Below, in pieces: positions 44,201 through 54,044 of a stretch of 64,000 nucleotides of DNA; within the stretch, counting starts at the first letter, position 1; each line of letters opens with the position of its first letter. The DNA comes from Mycobacteriales bacterium. GTDB lineage: Bacteria; Actinomycetota; Actinomycetes; JAFAQI01. The notes under the pieces were generated by a model, which did not search any database, had not been told where the DNA came from, and was given only the letters and a program-made list of their open reading frames with translations. The stretch spans positions 7,855-71,854 of the forward strand of contig DATAVK010000077.1 in the NCBI GenBank assembly GCA_036267755.1, in the 5' to 3' direction. The translations under genes were made by a program, and so were the position numbers.

Positions 44201-45288
44201 CTTACTCCGGCAGGCGATGCATCGGGGACCGAAACTGGCGGCGGGTGCAAGAGAGAGGGCAGCCGAGCGGACAGGAAGCTGCGTGGGAACCGATCACGAA
44301 GCCGCCAGATCCCGGCATCGACGACGAAGTGCGCCATGACCACACCGAGATACCCGCCGTAGATCAGGTGAGCGACCGAGCCGCCGGTGTGGAGATGGGA
44401 GGCACGATTCAATCCGAGGCCACCGAGCACCGCCGCGGCGAGCAGCGCGATCCTCTGCGCGACGGGTCGTCGCCCGGCGCGGGGCCCGACGGTCACCATC
44501 CCGACCAGCACGAGGTACTGCAGCCCGTGCGCGATCGTCATCCCACCGACGGCGGCGTACGGCGAGGCGAACACGAAGATCGGCAACGGGAAGCCGACCG
44601 CGAGCAGATAGGCGGCGCAGTAGCCGGCGGGTCGGTCGCGGGCCGGTCGCTGTAGCAACGCGACCAGGCCGACCGCGGCACTTGCCACGAAACCCACGGT
44701 CACGACGTGGAACGGGACGGCCGGGTACCAGCCACGGCGCGGATGCAGTGACAACTGCAGGGTTCCGGGGTGCAGCATCAGCGCCGCGATCCCAGCCCAA
44801 CCGGTGGCCAGAATCGACCAGCGCTCGAGTCGAGTGAGTGGCCCAAGCCCGAGGGCCGTTGCCGCCAGCGCCGTAATGCCGAGGTTCTGCTTCTGGAAGT
44901 GGAAGAACTGCCAGCCGAAATAGCCGAGCAGAACGATCGCGAGGTCACGCGGTGACAGCAGCGTGGCCATCACGCCGGACACCGCGACCAGAGCCAGCGG
45001 AACGATCACGTACCGAGCCGATCTCTCCGGGGCGTGCGCCCGGACCTCACGGAACGAAAACAGCCATCCGGTCCCGGCGATGTGCACCGACGACCCGACG
45101 AACAACAACCATCCCAACCCGTACGCCGGCGCGGCCCCGGCGGCCGGCGATGTCGCGATGGCCAGCCCGAACGCTCCGACGGTGAGTGCGACGGTCGTCC
45201 ACAACCACGCCTGCGAGGTGCCGCTTCGGGCTGGCCGACCCGGGATGGCGATCGGCTTGGCGGCGAAGGTCGGCGTCTCAGCCACCAC
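44197..45288 (-). CDS. integral membrane protein of unknown function
   Basis: 363-aa hydrophobic ORF. Stop overlaps the PadR start. Confidence 0.5.
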   Translation of the reverse strand: MVAETPTFAAKPIAIPGRPARSGTSQAWLWTTVALTVGAFGLAIATSPAAGAAPAYGLGWLLFVGSSVHIAGTGWLFSFREVRAHAPERSARYVIVPLALVAVSGVMATLLSPRDLAIVLLGYFGWQFFHFQKQNLGITALAATALGLGPLTRLERWSILATGWAGIAALMLHPGTLQLSLHPRRGWYPAVPFHVVTVGFVASAAVGLVALLQRPARDRPAGYCAAYLLAVGFPLPIFVFASPYAAVGGMTIAHGLQYLVLVGMVTVGPRAGRRPVAQRIALLAAAVLGGLGLNRASHLHTGGSVAHLIYGGYLGVVMAHFVVDAGIWRLRDRFPRSFLSARLPSLLHPPPVSVPDASPAGVR

Positions 45289-45532
45289 CGCAACCTCCGG
45301 CGGCTCCCGCCGTACCGGTCAGCAGGTAGCCCACCGCAATCAGGACGCCGGCCAGGATCGCAACCGTCAGCGCCAGAGCAGCGACTGCCCGCACGGCGCC
45401 CGCGGCGACGTGCCATCGCGGCCGCCCGTCATCACTCTGGAGAGCCACGCGATGGCGTGCGCTGTACATGGCGAGGGTCAACTCGGAAGGCATCATGCCG
45501 GCACCGTAGTTCGTCGTACGGTATATCGTCAA
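45278..45532 (-). CDS. small hypothetical protein with C-terminal TM helix (84 aa)
   Basis: High GC3. Its stop overlaps the downstream membrane-protein start, suggesting translational coupling. No domain recognised. Confidence 0.35.
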   Translation of the reverse strand: MTIYRTTNYGAGMMPSELTLAMYSARHRVALQSDDGRPRWHVAAGAVRAVAALALTVAILAGVLIAVGYLLTGTAGAAGGCGGG

Positions 45533-45552
45533 CCGAACTATCGTGATCCGAA

Positions 45553-46806
45553 CTACTTCAGGCAGCCTTCCTTGGAGGCAGTCTTCGCGTGGATCGGCTT
45601 GTGACTAGCTCCACCGGAAGTCGCGGTCGCGGGGATCGGCCGGTCGTGGAGGATCGCCTGCCACAGCTGCGGCGCCTTCGTTGGGTCCCACTGCACGTCC
45701 GCGCTGGGTACGCCGGACGACGGCGAGGGGTTGAGCGGAACGGTAAGCAGCTGGACACCGCCGGACCCCACGTTGTGCAGCGCCGATGCCAGCTGCTGCA
45801 TCGTCGAGAAGCCGAACCCATCCGTCGTCAGCGAGTGAGCGACGGCGGAGAGCACCTTGGTGAGCTTGACCGGGTTGAGCAGCAGGCTGCCGCTGGTGAC
45901 CTTCCGGATCATCGCGCCGATGAACTGCTGCTGCCGCTTGATCCGGGAGATGTCGCTGCCGTTACCGATGCCGTACCGGGCGCGCATCAGGTCCAGCGCC
46001 TGGCCACCGTTGATCTCGACGTCCTTGCCTGCCGGCAGCTTGAGACCGCTCCCGATCGGCGTGCCGGTGGCAGGATCGATGCGCTTCGGGTCGCTCAGCG
46101 GCTGGGCGACGCACATCCGGACACCACCCAGCGCCTCGACGATGTGCTCGAACCCGACGAAGTTGACGACGGCGTAGTGGTCGATCCGGATGTCGGTGAG
46201 GTGCTGGATCGCCGTGATGGTGCAGCTGGCGCCGCCCTCGGAGAAGGCCGCGTTGAACTTCGACATGAACGGCTTCGAATGCTTGCCGTGCGGCAGGTTG
46301 CAGGCGGGGATCTGCACGTAAGAGTCACGGGGGATGCTGACCAAGGTCGCGTGCTTGCCGCCGGCCGAGATGTGCAGGATCAGCGTCGTGTCCGAGCGTT
46401 GACCGGGGACGTCGGACCCACCCGTGCCCTTTCCGTTGGATCCAGACCGGCTGTCCGAGCCGATCAGCAGGAAGTTCTCAGCGTTCGCGACCGGCTTTGG
46501 CGGTGGCGGCCCGGCCGGGACGGGCCGCGCGACGGTGATGCCGCCCTCGATGTGTCGAGCCACGAAGAAGACAGTCCCGCCGGCCAGTACGACGACGACG
46601 GCGAGACCCAGCGCCGTCCAGCGCAGCACACCGACCCAGCGCGGTCTCGGACCTTGGGCCGCCCTACGGGCTCGCCGGCCCTCGCGCCACGACGAGAATC
46701 GCCCGCGCAGTGAAGGCGGCGTCGGTCCACTCGAGGTCGTCACAGTCCTGGTGTCATACCCGGTCGGGGTGGGTGGTTTAACCGCCCCTCGTCGGGGGCA
46801 CAACAC
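45553..46806 (-). CDS. LytR-CpsA-Psr (LCP) family cell-wall polymer transferase
   Basis: LCP core (TLILHISAGGKHATLVSIPRDSYVQIP, QALDLMRARY). N-terminal cytoplasmic tail plus TM. Exact start uncertain. Confidence 0.8.
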   Translation of the reverse strand: MLCPRRGAVKPPTPTGYDTRTVTTSSGPTPPSLRGRFSSWREGRRARRAAQGPRPRWVGVLRWTALGLAVVVVLAGGTVFFVARHIEGGITVARPVPAGPPPPKPVANAENFLLIGSDSRSGSNGKGTGGSDVPGQRSDTTLILHISAGGKHATLVSIPRDSYVQIPACNLPHGKHSKPFMSKFNAAFSEGGASCTITAIQHLTDIRIDHYAVVNFVGFEHIVEALGGVRMCVAQPLSDPKRIDPATGTPIGSGLKLPAGKDVEINGGQALDLMRARYGIGNGSDISRIKRQQQFIGAMIRKVTSGSLLLNPVKLTKVLSAVAHSLTTDGFGFSTMQQLASALHNVGSGGVQLLTVPLNPSPSSGVPSADVQWDPTKAPQLWQAILHDRPIPATATSGGASHKPIHAKTASKEGCLK

Positions 46807-46940
46807 AAGGCCGCCCTCCGGAGACGCCTAAAAACCGTTGATAGTCAAGGGCCGTCACCCGAACGGGCGGTTTCCGGTCAAACGCCTCGGGGATCAACAG
46901 GGAGACAGTTATTTTCATTCGCTGATGGGGGGAAGACGCC

Positions 46941-48536
46941 ATGCCCACGGTGTCCAAGGCCTTTCAGCGGATCGGCGGCGCAGCCGTGGCCGCTGGGTTG
47001 CTCGTGCCTGTGATGGCGGTTGCCGCGAACGCCGGGCCGCATTCGAGCGCTGCCCACGCCAGCTCGTGCTCCAGCAAGGCGGCGACTAGCACCTCGGTCG
47101 CCCGGCTCGGCGCCGGTGTCAGCCTCACGACCGGCCAGGCGGGCAACCTCTACCCGGCCGGTTCGTCGACGCACCTGCTGGTCACCGACCCGTCCAGCGG
47201 ACCCGCCACTCAGCAGGTCCGGCTGCAGGTGAGCAACCAGACCCAGTCCTTGGGCACAGTTCAGGCGTCCGTGAGCCGTCCCGCCGCGAAGGCCGCTGCA
47301 ACCAGCGCGCGGAAGTCCGTGAAGGTGCCGAACCGTCCGGGCTGGTACCAGATCCGCGCCGAGCGGGTCAGCGGCAGCCAGGTCCTCGGCGTCAGCTGCC
47401 TCTGGTACGGCGTCGCGATGCCGAACGCCGCACTCAACCTCGACACCCTGCCCGCTGGCAAGGACTGGGGCGGTCCCGGCCCGCTGCGCGACGTGGCGCT
47501 CAGCGCCCAGCTCGGGCTCAACGTCGTACGGATCCAGCTCAACGTCGACAGCTTCCTCGCGAACCCCGGCTACGCCGACCCCGAGCTCACGCAGGCCGCC
47601 CACCGGGCCGCCAAGCTGGGCCTGCGGTTCGTGGTTCAGATCGGTCAGGGCGCTCCCGACGAGACCGCCGCCGTCAAGAACGGCAGCTGGGGTCACCTGG
47701 TCCGCCGGATCGTCACGCAGTACCCCGCGGTGCGCTACTGGTCGCCCTGGAACGAGCCCAACGCCGGCGAGTTCTTCTACGGCAGCGTGAAGACCTACAT
47801 CGACCGAGTCCTCGTGCCAGCCGACAAGGCAGTCCACGCGGTCAGCCCCGAGGCGAAGGTCGTCGGCGGATCCGCCATCGGTGACGACGCCCCGTGGTGG
47901 AACAAGTTCGCGGCCCTCGGCGGCTTCCACGACTGCGACGCGATCTCCGTGAACCCCTACACCTCCTACCTCGGCGCTCCCGAGACAGCAGGCCTGCTCG
48001 GCGACCTGCGGCTGGTCCGCAGCCTCGCGAAGAGCCACGGCGCGTCGCACAAGCCGATCCTCGACACCGAGTCGGCCTACCCCTCGACCTACCAGGGCGT
48101 GCACGCCAATCTCAGCACCCAGGCCGACTACGTCTCCCGTAAGTACGTGCTCGAGCGGGCGCTGGGTGTCGACTCCGGCGAGTACCTGATCGAGGGCGGC
48201 TACCAGAACTGGGACATCATCGACTACAACCACGGTGTGAAGCCCGCCGCCATGGCGCTGTCCGCGGCATCCACCCTGCTGGCCCACCGCCACTTCGTCG
48301 GATGGGTCCACACCGGCAAGGCCGACGTCTACGCCGCTCGCTTCTCGGCGGCGCACGGGAGCAGCCACCAGCTCATCGTCACCTGGTCGTCGAAGGGCTC
48401 GCACAGGGTTGGTCTGCACGGCACTCACGCCGGCTACAGCGTCTTCGGCGCACCGGCCCGGTTCAGCGGCCACGTGATGGCAACCGGAGCCCTCAGCTTC
48501 CTGAGCGTGTCGGCCGGTTCCAACCCGCTCGTCTGA
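46941..48536 (+). CDS. secreted clan GH-A (TIM-barrel) glycoside hydrolase
   Basis: Signal peptide. NEP catalytic-acid motif (WSPWNEPN) typical of GH5/GH39-like enzymes. Confidence 0.65.
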   Translation: MPTVSKAFQRIGGAAVAAGLLVPVMAVAANAGPHSSAAHASSCSSKAATSTSVARLGAGVSLTTGQAGNLYPAGSSTHLLVTDPSSGPATQQVRLQVSNQTQSLGTVQASVSRPAAKAAATSARKSVKVPNRPGWYQIRAERVSGSQVLGVSCLWYGVAMPNAALNLDTLPAGKDWGGPGPLRDVALSAQLGLNVVRIQLNVDSFLANPGYADPELTQAAHRAAKLGLRFVVQIGQGAPDETAAVKNGSWGHLVRRIVTQYPAVRYWSPWNEPNAGEFFYGSVKTYIDRVLVPADKAVHAVSPEAKVVGGSAIGDDAPWWNKFAALGGFHDCDAISVNPYTSYLGAPETAGLLGDLRLVRSLAKSHGASHKPILDTESAYPSTYQGVHANLSTQADYVSRKYVLERALGVDSGEYLIEGGYQNWDIIDYNHGVKPAAMALSAASTLLAHRHFVGWVHTGKADVYAARFSAAHGSSHQLIVTWSSKGSHRVGLHGTHAGYSVFGAPARFSGHVMATGALSFLSVSAGSNPLV

Positions 48537-48546
48537 TTCACCCGCC

Positions 48547-49875
48547 TCAGCGCAGCCGGTACAGCACTTCGCCGGCATCCGGTACGACGAGGGTGTCCGG
48601 GTCGGCCTCGTAACCGGGGATGTCAATGCTGGCGGGATCCAGATAGCCCAAGTTGACCGACCGCACCACAGCCTCGGGAATGCCGGTCGCCAGGGTGACC
48701 CTCACCCGGTCGTGCTCGCCGTTGGTCGCATCCCAGGTGCCGGCGCCGCGCAGGTGGGTCGAATGCGCTAGCACGGACCAGTGGATGTCCTGGAAGTCGT
48801 CCCACTGCTTCAGGAAGTAGTCGCGGCAGTGGTAGCCGATCCGGTTGATCTCCGGATGCATGGGGGCGATCTCGGTGATGTGCGGCGCATAGATCACGAC
48901 CTCGCCGCCGTCGGCGATCACCGGCTCGACCTTGTAGAAGCCCTTTGCCGCCGTCCAGATGTCGTCGTAGCGGCGCGGCATCAGCGAGAGAACACGGTGC
49001 ACGGGCTCGTGGAGGTAGCGGACATGGGTCAGCGCCGAGATGTCTGCGGCAGCCGCCCAGGCTCGCTCGGGCGTCCCGAACGCCGCGGCGTGCAACGCGA
49101 CGCTGCCGGTCTGGACGACCACGCACAGCGCCAGCCGCTGGGCGGGGATCAGCGCCGCCGCCTCGTCGATCAGTGCCCGCACTGGCGTCGTGCCGCGGGT
49201 GCCGATGATGGTGGCACTCGTGATCAGCGCGCCCAGCCAGTGCGACAGGTCGATGATCTCCTGGCCGGCGACACCGGGGAAGAAGTACTTGTTGCCGCCC
49301 GAGAAGCCGACGACCTCGTGCGGGAACACCGGTCCGACGACCAGTGCGATGTCGTGCTCCGCCACGGCACGGTTCAGCGTCACGTCTACCGCGCTCGACA
49401 TCCGACCGTCGGAGAGCTCGGCCACCCGGTTGGCTGGGATGGTGCCGAGATCGACGAACGTCCGCGGGTCGTGCCACTCGTGATTGAGCACCGTCAGCCC
49501 GGGATACCTGTCGTCGAGCCGGCCGACCGGGTAACCCAGCCACTCGGCGAGCTCGGGCTCGGACATCGGCGCGTGGGTCCCGAGTGCCACCAGCGCGGTC
49601 ATCCTCGACACCCGACCGTGCAGGCAGCGATGGATGGCGTCCAACAGCAGCGGCATCGGGCAGCTGCGAGTGCCATCCGGCACCACGATGCAGACGCTGC
49701 GACCGTCGAGATCGAGTGGTTGCAACGATTCCTCGACGAACTCGATGACCTGGTCGTCGGTGAGTGCGGTGTGGGCAGCGCCGATGACGGCGTCGAACTC
49801 CGCGTCGCCGGCATCACGGTCCAGCGGGTTCGTGACATAGCCGCTCGGCATCCGGCTCGCCTTCCGTTTAGGCAC
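48547..49875 (-). CDS. LarA-like (lactate racemase N-terminal domain / DUF2088) nickel-pincer-type hydroxyacid racemase/epimerase family protein
   Basis: LarA-family motifs (LGTHAPM, GGNKYFFPG, HSTHLRG). Start may be the internal ATG at 49851. Confidence 0.65.
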   Translation of the reverse strand: MPKRKASRMPSGYVTNPLDRDAGDAEFDAVIGAAHTALTDDQVIEFVEESLQPLDLDGRSVCIVVPDGTRSCPMPLLLDAIHRCLHGRVSRMTALVALGTHAPMSEPELAEWLGYPVGRLDDRYPGLTVLNHEWHDPRTFVDLGTIPANRVAELSDGRMSSAVDVTLNRAVAEHDIALVVGPVFPHEVVGFSGGNKYFFPGVAGQEIIDLSHWLGALITSATIIGTRGTTPVRALIDEAAALIPAQRLALCVVVQTGSVALHAAAFGTPERAWAAAADISALTHVRYLHEPVHRVLSLMPRRYDDIWTAAKGFYKVEPVIADGGEVVIYAPHITEIAPMHPEINRIGYHCRDYFLKQWDDFQDIHWSVLAHSTHLRGAGTWDATNGEHDRVRVTLATGIPEAVVRSVNLGYLDPASIDIPGYEADPDTLVVPDAGEVLYRLR

Positions 49876-49892
49876 CAGGCCACGCTAGTGAC

Positions 49893-51311
49893 ATGACGCC
49901 CTCCTCAGCCAGCCCGCCCGACCCGGACCGGTTGCTCCCAGCCGACCCCGGAGTGCGTGGCCTGGCCCGGCGGATCCACGACCACGTCGCCGATCTGCCG
50001 ATCGTGTCGCCGCATGGGCACGTCGACCCGCGCGTGCTGCTCGACGACGTGGCATTCAGCGATCCGACGACACTGCTGGTCTCGCCGGACCATTACGTGT
50101 TCCGGTTGTTGCACGCGTCCGGCGTACCGCTCGAGAGTCTCGGCGTCGGCCGCGACACCCTCACCGAGGACCAGGCGCGGGCGGCGTGGCGATTGCTCTG
50201 CGCCCACTGGCAGGTCTTCCGCGGTACGCCGGTCCGCTACTGGCTCGAGACGGAGTTGGCCGAGATCTTCGGGGTGACAGAGCGGCTGAGTGCCGACACG
50301 GCCGACGCGGTGTACGACGATGTCGCGGCTTGCCTGGGCCGGCCGGAGTTTCGCCCGAGGGCATTGTTCGAGCGGTTCGGCATCGAGGTGCTCGCGACGA
50401 CCGACGACCCTACTGACGACCTGGCTGCTCACGCGGCGCTGCGCGCCGACCCCACATGGCATGGTCGGGTGATCCCGACCTTCCGCCCCGACGGGTTGCT
50501 GGAACCGGATTCGCCGGGCTGGGTCGAGGCGATCGCGGCGCTGGGACGCGTCAGTGGTATCGACACCGGCAGCTACGCCGGATTCGTCGCAGCGTTGGAG
50601 AACCGGCGTCGCTACTTCATCGAGCACGGTGCAGTGTCGAGCGACCACGCGCATCTCGATGTCCGGACCGACCCATTGGATGCGCCCGAGGCCGATCGGA
50701 TCTACCGGTCGGCGGTGCGCGGCATGGCCACGACTGAGGAGACGACCGCGTTCCGTCGCCACATGCTCGGGGAGATGGCGCGGATGTCGTGCGACGACGG
50801 TCTGGTGATGACGCTGCACCCCGGTGTCTGCCGCAACCATCACCCTGCGACCTTCGAGCGGTTCGGCCCCGACACCGGACACGACATCCCAGTGTCGGCC
50901 GAGTTCACCCGCGCCCTGCGGCCGATGCTCGAGCGCTACGGCACGCACCCGAACCTGCACGTCGTCCTGTTCACGGTCGACGAGACCACGTTCTCCCGCG
51001 AGATCGCGCCGCTGGCCGGCTTCTACCCCTCGGTGTACGTCGGCGCGCCCTGGTGGTTCCTCGACGCGCCTGACGCAATCCGTCGCTTCCGGGCGGCGGT
51101 CACCGAGACGGTGGGGTTCAGCCGTACCAGCGGTTTCGTCGACGACACGCGCGCGTTCTGCTCCATCCCGGCCCGCCATGACATGTCGCGCCGGGTCGAC
51201 GCCGGTTACCTTGCCGGGCTGGTTGCTGAGCATCGGCTCGACGAGGACGAGGCGCTCGACACCGCCCGCGCACTTGTGGTCGACAACCCCAGAAGGGTCT
51301 TCAAGCTGTGA
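49893..51311 (+). CDS. uxaC: glucuronate (uronate) isomerase
   Basis: UxaC motifs (IVSPHGHVDPR, HPGVCRNHH). Confidence 0.85.
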   Translation: MTPSSASPPDPDRLLPADPGVRGLARRIHDHVADLPIVSPHGHVDPRVLLDDVAFSDPTTLLVSPDHYVFRLLHASGVPLESLGVGRDTLTEDQARAAWRLLCAHWQVFRGTPVRYWLETELAEIFGVTERLSADTADAVYDDVAACLGRPEFRPRALFERFGIEVLATTDDPTDDLAAHAALRADPTWHGRVIPTFRPDGLLEPDSPGWVEAIAALGRVSGIDTGSYAGFVAALENRRRYFIEHGAVSSDHAHLDVRTDPLDAPEADRIYRSAVRGMATTEETTAFRRHMLGEMARMSCDDGLVMTLHPGVCRNHHPATFERFGPDTGHDIPVSAEFTRALRPMLERYGTHPNLHVVLFTVDETTFSREIAPLAGFYPSVYVGAPWWFLDAPDAIRRFRAAVTETVGFSRTSGFVDDTRAFCSIPARHDMSRRVDAGYLAGLVAEHRLDEDEALDTARALVVDNPRRVFKL

Positions 51312-52630
51312 GCGGGGCGGCTCGGACGCCGTCGCCGCTGTCGCGCCGCGCTGGCGACGGCCGCGAGAGCGCGCCGGTCCGGCAGGTGCATCTCGGACTC
51401 GGCGGCTTCTTCCGCGCCCACCAAGCCTGGTACACCGAGCACTGTCCCGATCGCGACGAGTGGGGGATCGCGGCGTTCACCGGACGAAGTCGCGACCTAG
51501 CCGACACCTTGACGGGCCAGGACAGCCTCTACACGCTGGTGACCCGCTCCCCGTCGGAGGACCGGTTCGAGGTCGTGAGCAGCCTGTCCGCCTGCTACCG
51601 CGGCAGTGACCAGGAGACCTTCCGGGCCCGCCTCGCTTCGGCACAGGTGCGGCTGCTGACGCTGACCATCACGGAAGCCGGCTACCGGCGCGAGGCGACC
51701 GGCCTCGCCAGCGTCCCTGATCGGCTGGTTGCCGCCCTCGCCGCTCGTCGGGCGGCCGACGCCGGACCGATCACGCTCGTGCCCTGCGACAACCTTCCGG
51801 GCAACGGCGGGGTGCTGGCCCGCGTCATCGCAGAGCTCGCCGGTGAGATTGACCCGGCACTGGCCGACTGGATCGAGGAGTCGGTCAGCTTCGTCGACAC
51901 CGTTGTCGACCGGATCACGCCGCGGCTCGACCCGGCTGACCTCGCTCTGGTGGCCGCCGCGACCGGTCGGGCGGATCGAGCACCCGTCGTCACCGAGCCC
52001 TTCAGTGAGTGGGTGCTGCGCGGCTCCTTCCCTGCCGGACGTCCCGCCTGGGACCACGCCGGCGCCCGGTTCACGGACAGCATCGAGCCGTTCGAGCAGC
52101 GCAAGCTGTGGCTGCTGAACGGCGGTCACTCGCTGCTCGCCTACGCCGGCAGCCTGCGCGGGCACCGGACGGTTGCGGACGCGGTCGCCGATGAGACCTG
52201 CCTCGGCTGGCTCGACGAATGGTGGCAGGAAGCCGCGGCGCACCTGGAGCTACCGGACACTGAGATCGCCGACTATCGGGCGGCACTGCTCGATCGGTTC
52301 GGCAACCACCGGATTCGTCACCAGCTGGCACAGATCGCCGCGGACGGATCGCAGAAGCTCCCGGTCCGCGTGGTGCCCGTGGTCCTGGCAGAGCGAGCTC
52401 TCGGGCGCTCCTCGGTAGGTGGTCTCCGGGTCATCGCCGGCTGGCTGTGCCACCTGCGTGGTGCCGGCGTACCGATCAGTGACCCGCGCGCCGCAGAGCT
52501 GACCGAGCTGGTGCGGGGCCCGCTCGGCAGTGCAGCCAGTCGTCTGCTGCGCTGGCTTGACCCGGCGCTCGGCGACGACGCCGTCGTCGTCTCGACGGTC
52601 ACGGAGCTGGCCGCCGGTCTCAGCACCTAG
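51308..52630 (+). CDS. mannitol dehydrogenase-family oxidoreductase (fructuronate/tagaturonate reductase-like)
   Basis: Long-chain mannitol dehydrogenase family (VHLGLGGFFRAHQAWY). GTG overlaps the uxaC stop. Confidence 0.75.
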   Translation: MSGAARTPSPLSRRAGDGRESAPVRQVHLGLGGFFRAHQAWYTEHCPDRDEWGIAAFTGRSRDLADTLTGQDSLYTLVTRSPSEDRFEVVSSLSACYRGSDQETFRARLASAQVRLLTLTITEAGYRREATGLASVPDRLVAALAARRAADAGPITLVPCDNLPGNGGVLARVIAELAGEIDPALADWIEESVSFVDTVVDRITPRLDPADLALVAAATGRADRAPVVTEPFSEWVLRGSFPAGRPAWDHAGARFTDSIEPFEQRKLWLLNGGHSLLAYAGSLRGHRTVADAVADETCLGWLDEWWQEAAAHLELPDTEIADYRAALLDRFGNHRIRHQLAQIAADGSQKLPVRVVPVVLAERALGRSSVGGLRVIAGWLCHLRGAGVPISDPRAAELTELVRGPLGSAASRLLRWLDPALGDDAVVVSTVTELAAGLST

Positions 52631-52742
52631 GGGAAGTCGCCGAGATTCTCGACCAGCCTGACCAACATGCTCTACTAACTTGGCCAACTCGCCCGAGTAA
52701 TGTAAGCCACAACCGGACCGACCATCTTGCCGAGGAGTAGCC

Positions 52743-54038
52743 GTGACCGACACCAACAGCTGGAGCTTCGAGACCCGCCAGATCCATGCCGGGCAGGTGC
52801 CCGACCCCACGACGGGTGCCCGCGCGCTACCGATCTACGCGACGACGTCGTACGTCTTCCGTGACACCGAGCACGCGGCCAACCTGTTCAGCCTCGCGGA
52901 GCCCGGCAACATCTACACCCGGATCATGAACCCGACACAGGACGTCGTGGAGCAACGCCTCGCCTCGCTCGAGGGCGGCGTCGGTGCGCTGCTCGTCAGC
53001 TCGGGTCAGGCGGCGACCACGCTCGCGCTGCTCAACGTGGCCGAGACCGGCGACCACGTTCTCTCCTCGGCCAGCCTGTACGGCGGCACCTACAACTTGT
53101 TCCACTACACGCTGCCGAAGCTCGGCGTCGAGGTGGAGTTCGTCGAGGACCAGGACGATCTCGACGAGTGGCGCTCGAAGTCCCGCGACAACACCAAGGC
53201 GTTCTACGCCGAGACCATCGGCAACCCGGCCGGCAACGTTCTCGACATCGAGGGCGTCGCGGGTGTCGCGCACGAGATCGGCGTACCGCTCGTCGTCGAC
53301 AACACGATCGCGACGCCGTACCTGATCCGCCCGTTCGAGCATGGCGCGGACGTTGTCGTGCACTCGGCCACGAAGTTCATCGGCGGGCACGGCACGGTGA
53401 TCGCGGGTGCCATCGTCGACGGCGGCACGTTCGACTACTCCAACGGCCGGTTCCCCGGATTCACCGAGCCGGACCCGAGCTACAACGGCATCGCGTTCTG
53501 GCCGGCACTCGGCGCCGGCAGCTACATCGCCAAGACCCGGGTGCAGGGGCTGCGCGACGTTGGGGCCGCGCTCTCGCCGTTCAACGCGTTCCTGCTCGCC
53601 CAGGGCCTCGAGACGCTGAGCCTGCGGATGGAACGTCACGTTGCCAATGCGGTCCGCACCGCCGAGTGGCTCGAGGGACGCGACGAGGTCGAGCGGGTCC
53701 AGTACGCCGGACTTGCGTCATCGAAGTGGAACGCCGCCGCCAAGAAGTACGCACCCAAGGGCGCCGGCTCGGTGCTGGCGTTCGAGATCAAGGGCGGCGT
53801 CGAGGCCGGCAAGAAGTTCGTCGAGTCGCTGGAGCTGTTCAGCCACGTGGCCAACATCGGCGACGTCCGGTCGCTCGTGATCCACCCGGCATCGACGACC
53901 CACTCGCAGCTCAACCCGGCCGAGCAGATCAGCACCGGTGTGACGCCGGGCCTGGTGCGGCTATCCCTGGGGCTGGAAGGGATCGAGGACATCCTCGCCG
54001 ACCTGGACGCGGGTTTCCGTGCGGCGAAGGGCGCCTGA
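52743..54038 (+). CDS. metY: O-acetylhomoserine aminocarboxypropyltransferase (O-acetylhomoserine sulfhydrylase)
   Basis: PLP-dependent Cys/Met metabolism family, N-terminal ETRQIHAGQ and HSATKFIGGHG lysine region. Confidence 0.9.
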   Translation: MTDTNSWSFETRQIHAGQVPDPTTGARALPIYATTSYVFRDTEHAANLFSLAEPGNIYTRIMNPTQDVVEQRLASLEGGVGALLVSSGQAATTLALLNVAETGDHVLSSASLYGGTYNLFHYTLPKLGVEVEFVEDQDDLDEWRSKSRDNTKAFYAETIGNPAGNVLDIEGVAGVAHEIGVPLVVDNTIATPYLIRPFEHGADVVVHSATKFIGGHGTVIAGAIVDGGTFDYSNGRFPGFTEPDPSYNGIAFWPALGAGSYIAKTRVQGLRDVGAALSPFNAFLLAQGLETLSLRMERHVANAVRTAEWLEGRDEVERVQYAGLASSKWNAAAKKYAPKGAGSVLAFEIKGGVEAGKKFVESLELFSHVANIGDVRSLVIHPASTTHSQLNPAEQISTGVTPGLVRLSLGLEGIEDILADLDAGFRAAKGA

Positions 54039-54044
54039 CCTCAG

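Noticed and set aside
46878-48626. 582-aa minus-strand ORF antisense to the glycoside hydrolase gene
   Set aside because: No recognisable motifs. The plus-strand product has a signal peptide and a NEP catalytic motif.
52631-52742. Possible SAM riboswitch (SAM-IV type) upstream of metY-metX
   Set aside because: The 112-nt leader is comparatively AT-rich. It lacks the GC-rich paired regions and conserved core of SAM-IV or other SAM riboswitches, and I cannot fold a convincing pseudoknot by eye. Would need an Infernal/Rfam scan to exclude fully.
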